Source: Candidatus Micrarchaeales archaeon (lineage in GTDB: Archaea; Micrarchaeota; Micrarchaeia; Micrarchaeales; CABMGC01). Taken from it: 44,680 bases of DNA. The stretch covers positions 1-44,680 of the forward strand of contig JBOGSA010000007.1 of NCBI GenBank assembly GCA_050749785.1. Direction: 5' to 3'. Position 1 is the stretch's first letter. Each line of letters begins with the position of its first letter. Made by a program: the position numbers and the translations under genes. Below, piece by piece: positions 32,892 to 41,504 of the stretch. The notes beneath the pieces are model-generated. The model ran no database searches. It had not been told where the DNA came from and saw nothing but the letters and a program-made list of their open reading frames with translations.

Positions 32892-33455
32892 ATGAAACTC
32901 TATTTTGGATTAGTAATAAAATTTGATAAAAAGGTAAATAGCAAATTAAAAGAATTAACTCATTATGTAGCTAAAAAATACAAAACAAAAGCCGCGTTTA
33001 ATGACCCTAAGGGTCCACACATAACAATGGCTTATTTTGATACCGCAGTTAAAACTGAAGATATTAAAAAAATAATTAATAGAATTAGAGTAAAATTATC
33101 AAAGGCCGGAGAATTTAATGTTAAAATCGATGGGATCAGATCTTTCAGAAAAGAAAGAGACGGAATAGTTAATTATGTTGTATATATCAGACCGGTTAAG
33201 AACAAACATTTAAGTAAAATCTACAGAATATGTAATCGCGAGACCAAAAAATACAAGATATGGCCGCCTTTTAAAATATTTGTACCACATATCACGCTGG
33301 CTAGAAAAGATTTAGATAAAACTACTTTTTATAATATTCTAAAAGAGTTTAACGGTTATAATCTCCAAATGAATGCGAGGATTAATTGCATCTATTCAAT
33401 GACTCGTTGTACACGTAAGGAAAAATGGCATGAGCAAAAATTGTTGCTTACTTAA
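32892..33455 (+). CDS. 2H phosphoesterase family protein (LigT/2'-5' RNA ligase-like), AT-rich and probably acquired
   Basis: Two H-x-T-x motifs (HITMAYF, HITLARK) at the expected spacing. Its G+C is far lower than that of the neighbouring genes. Confidence 0.7.
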   Translation: MKLYFGLVIKFDKKVNSKLKELTHYVAKKYKTKAAFNDPKGPHITMAYFDTAVKTEDIKKIINRIRVKLSKAGEFNVKIDGIRSFRKERDGIVNYVVYIRPVKNKHLSKIYRICNRETKKYKIWPPFKIFVPHITLARKDLDKTTFYNILKEFNGYNLQMNARINCIYSMTRCTRKEKWHEQKLLLT

Positions 33456-33456
33456 G

Positions 33457-34389
33457 TTAACCAACCTTTGTATGGAAGCTCTTCAGTCCGCTGATGACCT
33501 GCCGTCCCTTCATTATTCCAGGTATGCTTATCCTATCTGCTCCACGCTTCTCAGCCAGCTTGAATGTCACATAATCCAGCAGGTAGATCGAGCTTACCAC
33601 TTCAAGCACCTTGTTTGTCTTCTTCGCCTTTATCTGAAAAGCCTGCGGCAGTAACTTCGCCGTTTTGTGCGCAAGGTAGCCGTTGCCTATTATTATCGGT
33701 ATGAACTTTGTCTTGTCGTTCCAGAAGAAGGGCTCTATATCATTGTGGAACGAATCTGGCATCTTGGAAAAGAAGGCGAACATCTTTGCATTTTCGTTTA
33801 GCTGCTGCTTGAATCTCTTCGCAGCCGCGACCATCCACCCTGATGAATATATCACCGGTGTCTTTCCATCTATTATGTCAACAATCTTCTTTGCAGGCCT
33901 TAGGCTTGTACTTTTCACCGCCTTTATTGCCTCCTTCAACTCCTTTTTGCATCCTATGGCTGCAAGGGAGGCTGAGAGTATGTATGGGAAAGAGTCCCTC
34001 GGCAGCATGCCTGCAGGGAGTTTTACCACAATATCTGCATATTTCGGAAGCTTTCCGCCCGAAGTGATCGCAATTATCCTAGCTCCACGTTTTCTCATGC
34101 TCTTAACTGTGTGAATCGTCTCTGTTGTGTTGCCGGAATAGCTAACCGCCAGCACCCAGTTGACATTTTCCCTAATCGGCATCTTTGAGAATATGATATC
34201 CTTGTTTGTTATGTGCTTCAATACTTCTCCGACTATTCCACTTCCTCCCATTCCTGTGGCGAAGATTCTGCCATTGACCGGAACAGTCTTCAGGTTAAGA
34301 TACGAGGAAAGCGCGTCGATCCACTCTTTCTCCCAATTGTTAATATTCATTACTATAGGTCCTGTAACTTTTTGTTTCTGAATTGCCAT
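33457..34389 (-). CDS. Bifunctional phosphoglucose/phosphomannose isomerase (SIS domain)
   Basis: GMGGSGIVGEV and SYSGNTTETI motifs. The ~310-aa size is typical of the archaeal PGI/PMI family. Confidence 0.8.
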   Translation of the reverse strand: MAIQKQKVTGPIVMNINNWEKEWIDALSSYLNLKTVPVNGRIFATGMGGSGIVGEVLKHITNKDIIFSKMPIRENVNWVLAVSYSGNTTETIHTVKSMRKRGARIIAITSGGKLPKYADIVVKLPAGMLPRDSFPYILSASLAAIGCKKELKEAIKAVKSTSLRPAKKIVDIIDGKTPVIYSSGWMVAAAKRFKQQLNENAKMFAFFSKMPDSFHNDIEPFFWNDKTKFIPIIIGNGYLAHKTAKLLPQAFQIKAKKTNKVLEVVSSIYLLDYVTFKLAEKRGADRISIPGIMKGRQVISGLKSFHTKVG

Positions 34390-34436
34390 TAATTCACTCC
34401 ATAAAATAATGCCGAAGCGAATTTATTAAGCTGCAC

Positions 34437-37013
34437 TCATGCTATGTGTAGGCTGAACCATCTAAGAAACTTGGTTATACTCTTCATGTACGGACTTGAA
34501 TTCTTCTTCACGTCCTTAACAAGCGCCTTGTACCTTGTTTTCTCCTCAGGGGAGAGCTTTCCTTCCTTCACTATTGTCTGCTTCTTGCCATCAACGATTT
34601 GAGTCTCGGTCTTATTCACTATGTCCTTCCTTACCATTGCATACCATTCATCAAGCGTTCCTCCATGTTCCTTTATCATCCTAAGGAAGTCGCGCATCAT
34701 TATCTTTCTCCTTCTTCCAGTCCTGTCCTCTTCCGCCGCAGGAAGCAGCGCCGTCTTGTCGCATATCTCTGCTATATCTGCCTGCGAGAATCCTATCGTA
34801 GCCCTTGCAAGCCTGCCGAAGTTGATGCCTGAGAGCGGCATCTTCCTGGTGTTGTATATGAAAGCATCTTTCCTTGTTATGTAGTCCGGTGGCGGTATGT
34901 ATATCGCCTCCCCGAATCTTCCCGACCTTTTCAGAGCTGGGTCCATGTCCCATGGCTGGTTTGTTGCGCCGATTATGAAGATACCCTCTGGGTTCTTCTC
35001 TATTCCATCCATCTCCTGTAGGAACTGGTTCACTGCCATTCGCATGTAGCTCTGCGATCCTCCATCTCCACCTCCCCCATCCCTCTTCATTCCAAGCGCG
35101 TCCACTTCGTCGAAGAACACAACGCATGGCGTGTTCTTTCTTGCCTGCTCAAATATCTGGTGCATGTTCTTTTCCGTGTTTCCTGCATACATGTCCACGA
35201 TTTCGTTTATCCTAGCTATTATCAGTTTCGAATTCGTCTCTCCGCCTATAGCATTAACAAAGAAAGTGTTGTGCACGAAGAAATCATTCGCGACGAAATT
35301 ATGAGTTTCGTCAACAGTTAAGTCGTATACATATTCTGGTGCAGCTATGTGCTCTATGCTCGTGATCTCCTCGTATACAACCCTATTTCCGCCCTTTTTC
35401 TTAATCTTGCCCCATGACTCCTTCTTCTTAGAAAGTAGCACTGCCCTGCTGCCGAACATGCCTATTTCGTCTATAAATATGTCAATGTCCCTGCTCCTAT
35501 ATACCATAAGCGAATAGTTGCCGTTTTTATTCACCTTTCTTTTTGAGATGCTGGAAAGGATTCCGAAGCGAAGTAGAAGATGCTGTATCTGCCTGATAAG
35601 CACATTGGAATTGCTCGAGTATCCTATTATCCTATGGCGCTTTGTTCCGTACATTGTGCCTGCTTCTTCTCTGTTTTCTATCCATCCATCACCAGAAAAG
35701 AGCCTATTGAGGAAAAGTGCAACTAATCTTTTTTGTAGTGTGAAAATTACTGCTGGTATCTTCTTGTTTGATGAGTTGGTAAAGGACAGCAGGTTTTGGT
35801 CAAGGAATTTCTGCATAGAGCTTCTGCCTTGCGGCCCTGTTTGAGTGATGTATCTACCCACTACCTGCATTGTCGCAACTTTCCCGTTGTCTACCCTTGT
35901 GTTTATATGGAGTTTGCTGTCAAATTGCCTCACCGCCGACTGGAAATCCTCAAGCAACTCCGGTTCAGAATTTGTAAAGATTGGGCTGCCGGTAGTGAGT
36001 CCGCCCTCCGCAATATAATACGCGAGAAGCTTTACCTCGCATTCTCTAATTACACTGTTTCCAAATATTGCAAGACGCCTTGGTACGCCAACCATACCAC
36101 CAATCGCCAAAGTAGAGGCATCCACCCATCCGGTTTTGGTAAGGAAAGGGTGTTCTGGTGTGCATTCTACAATTCGTCCTCGTCTCGTGGTTATTTTTAA
36201 TAGTGGTTTACCATCAAGTTTCCACCACCCACTTACTTTTCTCACAGCAAGCTTGTGTTTTTCGGTGAGCGTTATCACATAAGGCTCCTTGTTCTCAACA
36301 ACTTCTTTTATTGGAACATATCTGCCGTCGGGCAGCAATACCTCCGTATCCGCGGTTACGCACTTCCCACAGCCTGGCGGACCATAGAACAGAACGCCAA
36401 GGCCGAGCTTCTTTCCATAGGCCTTGAGGAGTTCGGGCTTTTTTATCGCAAGTACTATGTTATCGTGAATGAGATCCTTTTGCCTTTTCATCCCCATGAT
36501 GTCCTTGAATGTAAGGTTAGACTTGTGGTATCTCACACTCTTTATCTGTCCGTCTTGAACAACTGTCTCATCAGATTCCTTCGAAGCCCCGACCTTAACA
36601 GTTTCTTTTGATGGTACTTCCATCTTTGATTTGAGCTGCTCAAGCCTTGCCCTTGCCTGTTCGTACTTCGGGTTCTTCTTTAGCGCATTCTCATACCAGT
36701 CCTTAGCCTGATCAAAATCTTTTTGGTACTCTGCTATGATGCCCATCACGTACGGCGCATCGTAGCTCTCTGGTTCAAGTGAAAGCACCTTCTGAGCGTC
36801 AGCTGTGGCCTGTTCGTACTTGTTTAGGATTGCATACGCAAGAGCCCTGTTGAAGTACGCGCTTGCATACTTTGGGTCCTCTTTTATCGCCTGGCCGTAG
36901 AGCTCTATAGCCTCCTCGAACTTATTGTCCTCGAAGACAACCCCGGCCTTTGTGTAGAATTCCTTTGCAACCGGGTTGTTCGTGCCCTTTTTTGGTTCCT
37001 TGTCATCAGCCAT
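34437..37013 (-). CDS. TPR-repeat AAA+ ATPase interrupted by an intein in the Walker A motif
   Basis: N-terminal TPR repeats (AIELYGQAIKEDPKYASAYFNRALAY...). The P-loop GPPGCGK is split from T. Walker B is VVFFDEVDAL. The second region of homology is GATNQPWDMDPALKRSGRFGE. ATG at 37013; the track TTG is at 37022. Confidence 0.85.
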   Translation of the reverse strand: MADDKEPKKGTNNPVAKEFYTKAGVVFEDNKFEEAIELYGQAIKEDPKYASAYFNRALAYAILNKYEQATADAQKVLSLEPESYDAPYVMGIIAEYQKDFDQAKDWYENALKKNPKYEQARARLEQLKSKMEVPSKETVKVGASKESDETVVQDGQIKSVRYHKSNLTFKDIMGMKRQKDLIHDNIVLAIKKPELLKAYGKKLGLGVLFYGPPGCGKCVTADTEVLLPDGRYVPIKEVVENKEPYVITLTEKHKLAVRKVSGWWKLDGKPLLKITTRRGRIVECTPEHPFLTKTGWVDASTLAIGGMVGVPRRLAIFGNSVIRECEVKLLAYYIAEGGLTTGSPIFTNSEPELLEDFQSAVRQFDSKLHINTRVDNGKVATMQVVGRYITQTGPQGRSSMQKFLDQNLLSFTNSSNKKIPAVIFTLQKRLVALFLNRLFSGDGWIENREEAGTMYGTKRHRIIGYSSNSNVLIRQIQHLLLRFGILSSISKRKVNKNGNYSLMVYRSRDIDIFIDEIGMFGSRAVLLSKKKESWGKIKKKGGNRVVYEEITSIEHIAAPEYVYDLTVDETHNFVANDFFVHNTFFVNAIGGETNSKLIIARINEIVDMYAGNTEKNMHQIFEQARKNTPCVVFFDEVDALGMKRDGGGGDGGSQSYMRMAVNQFLQEMDGIEKNPEGIFIIGATNQPWDMDPALKRSGRFGEAIYIPPPDYITRKDAFIYNTRKMPLSGINFGRLARATIGFSQADIAEICDKTALLPAAEEDRTGRRRKIMMRDFLRMIKEHGGTLDEWYAMVRKDIVNKTETQIVDGKKQTIVKEGKLSPEEKTRYKALVKDVKKNSSPYMKSITKFLRWFSLHIA
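35268..36362 (-). mobile_element. 365-aa intein with a LAGLIDADG homing endonuclease domain
   Basis: It begins GPPGCGK|CVTADTEVLLPDG and has block B TPEHPFLT. The LAGLIDADG motifs are LLAYYIAEGG and LFLNRLFSGDGW. It ends YVYDLTVDETHNFVANDFFVHN|T. Removal restores GPPGCGKT. Confidence 0.9.
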
Positions 37014-37018
37014 GAATA

Positions 37019-37498
37019 TCAACCGAATAATTCCTTCTGCGAGCCTGTCCTCGATTTTTTAAGCATTCTAATATCGTTATCATCCTTTTTAATGCTATCT
37101 AAGAGTTCGTTTAATTCCCTGTCCACCATCGATACGTATTTGTCCTCCCTTCGGACGTTTGCAAACTTGCAGCCTGTGAACTTCAAGGCAAGCTTTAGCG
37201 CCTCTGAATGTAGTGCCTTGAGTTTTTTGTCCCTGACTTTGTAATTCATGGTGAGTTGGTTTACAACCAGTTCGCTATCAGAGTAGAGCAGTATCGATGC
37301 ACTGCTTCCATATTCACTGTGCACCTTCTTCAACGCCGCGATTATCGCCAGATACTCTGCGATGTTATTTGTCTGCTTGCCATTGTAGAATGAGTTCTTT
37401 ACGATCAATTTCCTCTTTTCATCAAGGACCAGATAGCCAGATGCACTTGGGCCAGGATTGCCGCGGGCAGCACCATCGGTGTAAACATAAAATGCCAT
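37019..37498 (-). CDS. rnhA: Ribonuclease HI
   Basis: VYTDGAARGNPGP, NNIAEYLAIIAAL and LYSDSELVVNQL carry the DEDD catalytic residues. ATG at 37498; the track TTG is at 37507. Confidence 0.85.
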   Translation of the reverse strand: MAFYVYTDGAARGNPGPSASGYLVLDEKRKLIVKNSFYNGKQTNNIAEYLAIIAALKKVHSEYGSSASILLYSDSELVVNQLTMNYKVRDKKLKALHSEALKLALKFTGCKFANVRREDKYVSMVDRELNELLDSIKKDDNDIRMLKKSRTGSQKELFG

Positions 37499-37538
37499 GG
37501 AATACAATTGCTTTATCCAGTATGCCTATTTGAACTTT

Positions 37539-37985
37539 TCATGAATTGCCTACTTTGCTGAGATCATCGATAAATTTTTCTACTTCTGCGCCGAATCTCG
37601 AGTCCTTCTTGAGCACTTCTATCATCTCAAATTCCCTCCCTTTGCGCATGGTCGTAATCAAAGGCAGGATCTGGTTGTTGTATATCACAGTCCCAAGAGC
37701 CGTGTGCTTGTGGACGCCTACCTGCTTTTCTACAAGCTTGTAGCCCTTACTCAGCTGGTTTAACCTGGTATAATACTGTTTCTTCGTCAGGCCCCATTCC
37801 TTGTGCGTATCCCCCCTCGAGACAAATCCCTCCCTTGCATTTAAGAATATCTTCATTGCATCAGGTTTGGAGAGGATGCTATATATGCCATTTATCATTT
37901 CGATGTCCTTGGGCATTATGTCTATGTGTTTGGAAGTGTATTCCATACGTAAGGTTTTCCCAGGGCTTTTATATTCTTGATTCAT
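37539..37985 (-). CDS. Winged-helix DNA-binding protein (ArsR-like)
   Basis: ILSKPDAMKIFLNAREG...GLTKKQYYTRLNQLSKGYKLVEK fits an HTH followed by a wing. Confidence 0.5.
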   Translation of the reverse strand: MNQEYKSPGKTLRMEYTSKHIDIMPKDIEMINGIYSILSKPDAMKIFLNAREGFVSRGDTHKEWGLTKKQYYTRLNQLSKGYKLVEKQVGVHKHTALGTVIYNNQILPLITTMRKGREFEMIEVLKKDSRFGAEVEKFIDDLSKVGNS

Positions 37986-37994
37986 GTTTTGTTT

Positions 37995-39434
37995 TTACCC
38001 CTTTGCAACTCCCAAGGGAACATTTCTCGATACGATATCGGAAAGTCCTGCTCTTTCCACAACGCTCACAACATCATCAACATTCTTGTATGCCCATTCA
38101 GCCTCTTCGCTGATAAGCTTTCTTGTCCTAACCCTTATCACAATCTTTTTCTTTTCTAGGTCCCCAAAAGTCCTCTCTGCAGGTATTTCCCTAACCGCTT
38201 GGTGCCTAGACATAAGCCTACCTGATCCGTGGCATGTTGAGCCGAACGTCTCATCCATTGCTCCCTGCTTCCCACACAATACGTAGCTGGCAGTGCCCAT
38301 GCTGCCTGGAATTATCACAGGCTGTCCAACACCACGATACACTTTTGGTATGTCCTCCCTATTTTTTGCAAATGCTCGCGTAGCACCTTTCCTATGAACA
38401 TATACATTCATTCTTTTTCCTTCGAAAACGTGCTCTTCAAGTTTTGCAATGTTGTGTGCAACATCGTATAGCAAATCTATTCCAAGTTGGTCCGGATTCT
38501 TCTCAAAAGTTTCTTCAAAACTTTTTCTTATCGAGTTTGTTATTATCTGCCGGTTTGTGAATGCATAGTTCACCGCGCAATTCATGGCCCCGAGATAGTC
38601 GTCTGCCTCCTTAGTTCCTATCTTTGCATAGCTGAGTTCCTGATCAACCAATTCTATTTTGTTTTTGTGTTGGTATTCAATCAGGGTCTTTAGATAGTCG
38701 CTGCATATCTGATGGCCGAAACCTCGCGAACCAGTATGAATCATTATTACAATCTGGCCTTCGTATAATCCGTAACTCTTTGCAATTTTCTCATTTAGAA
38801 TTTTGTCAATCTTCTGCACTTCCAGAAAGTGATTTCCCGCACCTAAAGTTCCCAGTGCCTCCATTCCCCTTTTTCTTGCCATTGCGCTGACCTTGTCTAT
38901 GTCTGCTCCAAACACTGTTCCATTCTCCTCAATTCTTTCCACATCCTCCTTGAAACCGAATCCTTTTCCCACCATGTGGCTGACTCCCTCCTCAACCACT
39001 TTTTTTAGGTCGCTTTGCGTCAATCCAATTTTCAATTTACTTCCAACTCCACTTGGTACATTAGCGAAAAGTCTGTCCATCAACTTATCCAGCTTTGGTC
39101 TGACTTCCTTTTCGGTTAGGTCTGTTTTTATCAGCCTAACTCCACAATTAATATCAAATCCGATTGCGCCGGGCGATATTATTCCCTCGTTTGCATCGAA
39201 TGCGACCACTCCTCCCACCGGAAAGCCGTAGCCCATGTGGCCATCAGGCATCACCATCACCTTGCCAACTATTCCTGGAAGAGTTGATGCGTTGATTGCT
39301 TGCTTTATCGTTTCATCCTCCTGCATCTTGTCAGTCATCTTCTTTGTCGCATAGATTCTGACGTCGGTAGTCATACCCTTTGATTCGTCTCTTTCCACCT
39401 CAAATCGCACATCATCAATCTTTTTGAGCTCCAT
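37995..39434 (-). CDS. rtcB: RNA-splicing ligase RtcB
   Basis: PDGHMGYGFPVGGV, GFDINCGVR, HTGSRGFGHQ and CHGSGR motifs. No intein. Confidence 0.95.
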   Translation of the reverse strand: MELKKIDDVRFEVERDESKGMTTDVRIYATKKMTDKMQEDETIKQAINASTLPGIVGKVMVMPDGHMGYGFPVGGVVAFDANEGIISPGAIGFDINCGVRLIKTDLTEKEVRPKLDKLMDRLFANVPSGVGSKLKIGLTQSDLKKVVEEGVSHMVGKGFGFKEDVERIEENGTVFGADIDKVSAMARKRGMEALGTLGAGNHFLEVQKIDKILNEKIAKSYGLYEGQIVIMIHTGSRGFGHQICSDYLKTLIEYQHKNKIELVDQELSYAKIGTKEADDYLGAMNCAVNYAFTNRQIITNSIRKSFEETFEKNPDQLGIDLLYDVAHNIAKLEEHVFEGKRMNVYVHRKGATRAFAKNREDIPKVYRGVGQPVIIPGSMGTASYVLCGKQGAMDETFGSTCHGSGRLMSRHQAVREIPAERTFGDLEKKKIVIRVRTRKLISEEAEWAYKNVDDVVSVVERAGLSDIVSRNVPLGVAKG

Positions 39435-39631
39435 AAAACGCCTTATTATACGAATACATAGAGATGATTTATAAATACGGAGAATAAACTAGCTGTTGTA
39501 TGATTTTGAGAGTTGAAAGATCTCTAACGAGTATAATCAGGCAAGTAAGTATAAATATCAGAAGATATTCATTAATAACTTGTTGGGCGATTGGGAAACC
39601 TTTAATATCATACGCAATAATTAATAGTGCT

Positions 39632-39730
39632 GCAGGGATGGCGGAGCTTGGTCAAACGCGACAGACTCAAGATCTGCTGGCTTAGGCCTACGGGAGTTCA
39701 AAAGCAATTGAACAAATCTCCCTCCCTGCA
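39632..39730 (+). tRNA. tRNA-Leu (anticodon CAA), type II, with a 14-nt insertion in the T-loop
   Basis: Acceptor GCAGGGA/TCCCTGC, D stem GCG/CGC, anticodon stem (A)CAGA/TCTG(C) with loop CTCAAGA, variable arm GGC-ttag-GCC, T stem GGGAG/CTCCC enclosing 21 nt (ttcaaaagcaattgaacaaat), discriminator A. Confidence 0.8.
39701..39714 (+). other. Putative non-canonical tRNA intron in the T-loop (aaagcaattgaaca)
   Basis: Removal restores TTCAAAT. TTCAA (39697-39701) can pair with TTGAA (39708-39712). It sits at the same position as the insertion in the tRNA at 20931-21017. The boundaries are ambiguous within the A runs. Confidence 0.5.
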
Positions 39731-39748
39731 CACATTAAGGCGATCAAC

Positions 39749-40513
39749 ATGGCAAAGAACACAAAATCAAGAAAACCTGCAAGGGCTGCTGCAAAAAGAC
39801 CTATTAGAGTTAGAGCAAGGACCGCAGCAAAGGTAATACCTGCGCAGAAAGGCAATTTGCTTGCAAAAATCAAGAAGATGAAGATAAAGGACAGCGTCAT
39901 GTTCGACATACCCCATTATCCGCAGACCGAAGAGTTCACAAGCTCAGCTGCATGTGCAATGATGGTTCTCAAGTACATAAATCCAGAGTTCAAGCTCAAG
40001 AGGGAGAGCGAATTCGACATCTGGCAAGAAGCTGTGAACGGAAGCGTCTGGCATGGTTCAAGGTACGGCCTTGCATACGCGCTCTCAAAGAGGGGAGCAA
40101 AGGCCGGAATAATTACGAACGCAAAGGACGAGGGTTACGAGAAGAAGCTCGCGGTATACGAGAACGTAAATCTTGACACACTTACAGCATCATTCAACGA
40201 GATCAAGGAGAAGGCAAAGAACGCAAGCGTATCAGAAGAGATTGGGAACGTTAATCTCCAGGCGATAAAGAAGAGCCTCTCTGCAAAGAATATTCCAATT
40301 GTGCTCATAGATGCAAAGGTCATCAATCCTTATTTGGAGTCATCTCCGCACTGGGTTGTGGTCAAGGGCTACGAGAAGGACACATTCTACATCAACGACC
40401 CTTATTCAGATAGCACGATAACAATAGACGCTGATGCGTTCAAGCAGGCAATCGGATTCGACACAGATGCGCACATGATACTGATTGATTCGAAGACTTT
40501 CAACAAGAAGTAA
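39749..40513 (+). CDS. Papain-fold cysteine peptidase, C39-like, with a very basic N-terminal tail
   Basis: YPQTEEFTSSAACAMMVLKY supplies the Q and catalytic C. SPHWVVVKGY supplies the His. YINDPY supplies the Asp. The order and spacing fit the peptidase C39_2-like fold. The N-terminal 45 aa are Lys/Arg/Ala-rich. Confidence 0.6.
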   Translation: MAKNTKSRKPARAAAKRPIRVRARTAAKVIPAQKGNLLAKIKKMKIKDSVMFDIPHYPQTEEFTSSAACAMMVLKYINPEFKLKRESEFDIWQEAVNGSVWHGSRYGLAYALSKRGAKAGIITNAKDEGYEKKLAVYENVNLDTLTASFNEIKEKAKNASVSEEIGNVNLQAIKKSLSAKNIPIVLIDAKVINPYLESSPHWVVVKGYEKDTFYINDPYSDSTITIDADAFKQAIGFDTDAHMILIDSKTFNKK

Positions 40514-40611
40514 TCGGTCTTTAACTTCCAAATCCAAACTCTTAGCAGAGCTAATTTTTGCTGCTTTTTGAAAGGGTTTTTATTCCTTTGAGATGTTATC
40601 ACTATGATAGT

Positions 40612-41097
40612 ATGCTTGGCAAACCAGGTTTAAGGGCGCAGAGCGCCATGGAATACCTGCTCACCTACGGTTGGGCGTTCCTGATAATAGGCGTGGTCTT
40701 AGTGACGTTCTTCGCGCTCATAGGCAATCCCAGCAAGTACACAAACCCGGAATGCTTCCTTCCGGCAGGTTTTAGCTGCCTGAGCTACACCCTTGCGACA
40801 AACGGCATGCTTCTCGTCAACCTAGAGCAGGCGACGCAGACATCGCTCAACGTGACCGGATTCAACTGCACGCAGAACTCGACTGTAAAGCTTATACCTC
40901 TGGGCGTGGCAAACCAGATCTACATGCCTATAGGCTCAAACTACACCTTCACTATGAGCTGCTACACCACAGGTAACATACTAGAATCCCTAAACCCCGG
41001 GCAGCTCTATAGCGGCACTCTTGCCTTCAACTACACCGAGTCGACCACCGGCTTTCCGCACATAGCGCAGGGCAAGATAAGCGTCGATGTGAGCTAG
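40612..41097 (+). CDS. Class III signal-peptide (archaeal type IV pilin-like) protein
   Basis: MLGKPGLRA|QSAMEYLLTYGWAFLIIGVVLV is a prepilin-type N-terminus. Sequons include NVTGFNCTQNSTV, NYTFT and NYTES. It is a paralog of 21664-22206. The track start at 40558 is TTG. Confidence 0.75.
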   Translation: MLGKPGLRAQSAMEYLLTYGWAFLIIGVVLVTFFALIGNPSKYTNPECFLPAGFSCLSYTLATNGMLLVNLEQATQTSLNVTGFNCTQNSTVKLIPLGVANQIYMPIGSNYTFTMSCYTTGNILESLNPGQLYSGTLAFNYTESTTGFPHIAQGKISVDVS

Positions 41098-41161
41098 GTC
41101 TGCGAATCATTAAATATATATCTACTGCATCATTAGGCAGACAGAAATTGGGGTAAGCTAC

Positions 41162-41458
41162 ATGGCAAAGAAAAAGTCGTCGTCACAAAAAAGGCTCGAG
41201 ATGCTCAGAAAGACGCAGGAGTTAACGGAGATAGTCGAGCGCGGCAGCATAGAGGAGCAGGCGCTGTCGGATAGCGCTGATTCGCAGGGGATGGCAGAGG
41301 ACCAGCACCTAACCGACCTGCTTGCAAAAGAGGACGACGAGTGGGAAAACACAAAGGGAAAGTCAGCAAAATCCAAGCCAAGATCAAAGTTCAAGGCCAA
41401 GATGGCCCACAAGAAGGCCAAGTCTTCAAAGGCGCCAAAAAAGAAGGGACGAAGATAA
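41162..41458 (+). CDS. Small highly charged Lys-rich protein (hypothetical)
   Basis: 98-aa ATG ORF with a basic N-terminus, acidic centre and basic C-terminus. The antisense ORF 41158-41466 is Phe/Ser/Leu-rich and looks like a shadow of it. Confidence 0.4.
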   Translation: MAKKKSSSQKRLEMLRKTQELTEIVERGSIEEQALSDSADSQGMAEDQHLTDLLAKEDDEWENTKGKSAKSKPRSKFKAKMAHKKAKSSKAPKKKGRR

Positions 41459-41504
41459 AAAATCAACCTACAGAATCACTATCATTCGTCAGATAGCTTA
41501 ATCG

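Noticed and set aside
32867-33470. I looked for a direct repeat of the tRNA-His 3' end downstream of the AT-rich 2H phosphoesterase gene. Such an attL/attR pair would define an integrated element.
   Set aside because: I could find no repeat of the tRNA 3' segment (…CCCGGCCAAGGCC) before the PGI/PMI gene, and there is no integrase. It is reported only as a compositionally foreign islet.
39500-39909. Three track ORFs (39500-39685 +, 39627-39836 +, 39688-39909 -) around 39.6-39.9 kb.
   Set aside because: They overlap the tRNA-Leu(CAA) gene and the start of the C39-like peptidase. None has a recognisable motif. The tRNA fold and the peptidase ORF explain the region.
41158-41466. A 102-aa minus-strand ORF exactly mirroring the 98-aa plus-strand ORF at 41162-41458.
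   Set aside because: Only one of the two can be real. The plus-strand ORF starts with ATG and encodes a coherent Lys/Glu-rich protein, while the minus-strand product is Phe/Ser/Leu/Cys-rich. Even the plus-strand call carries low confidence.
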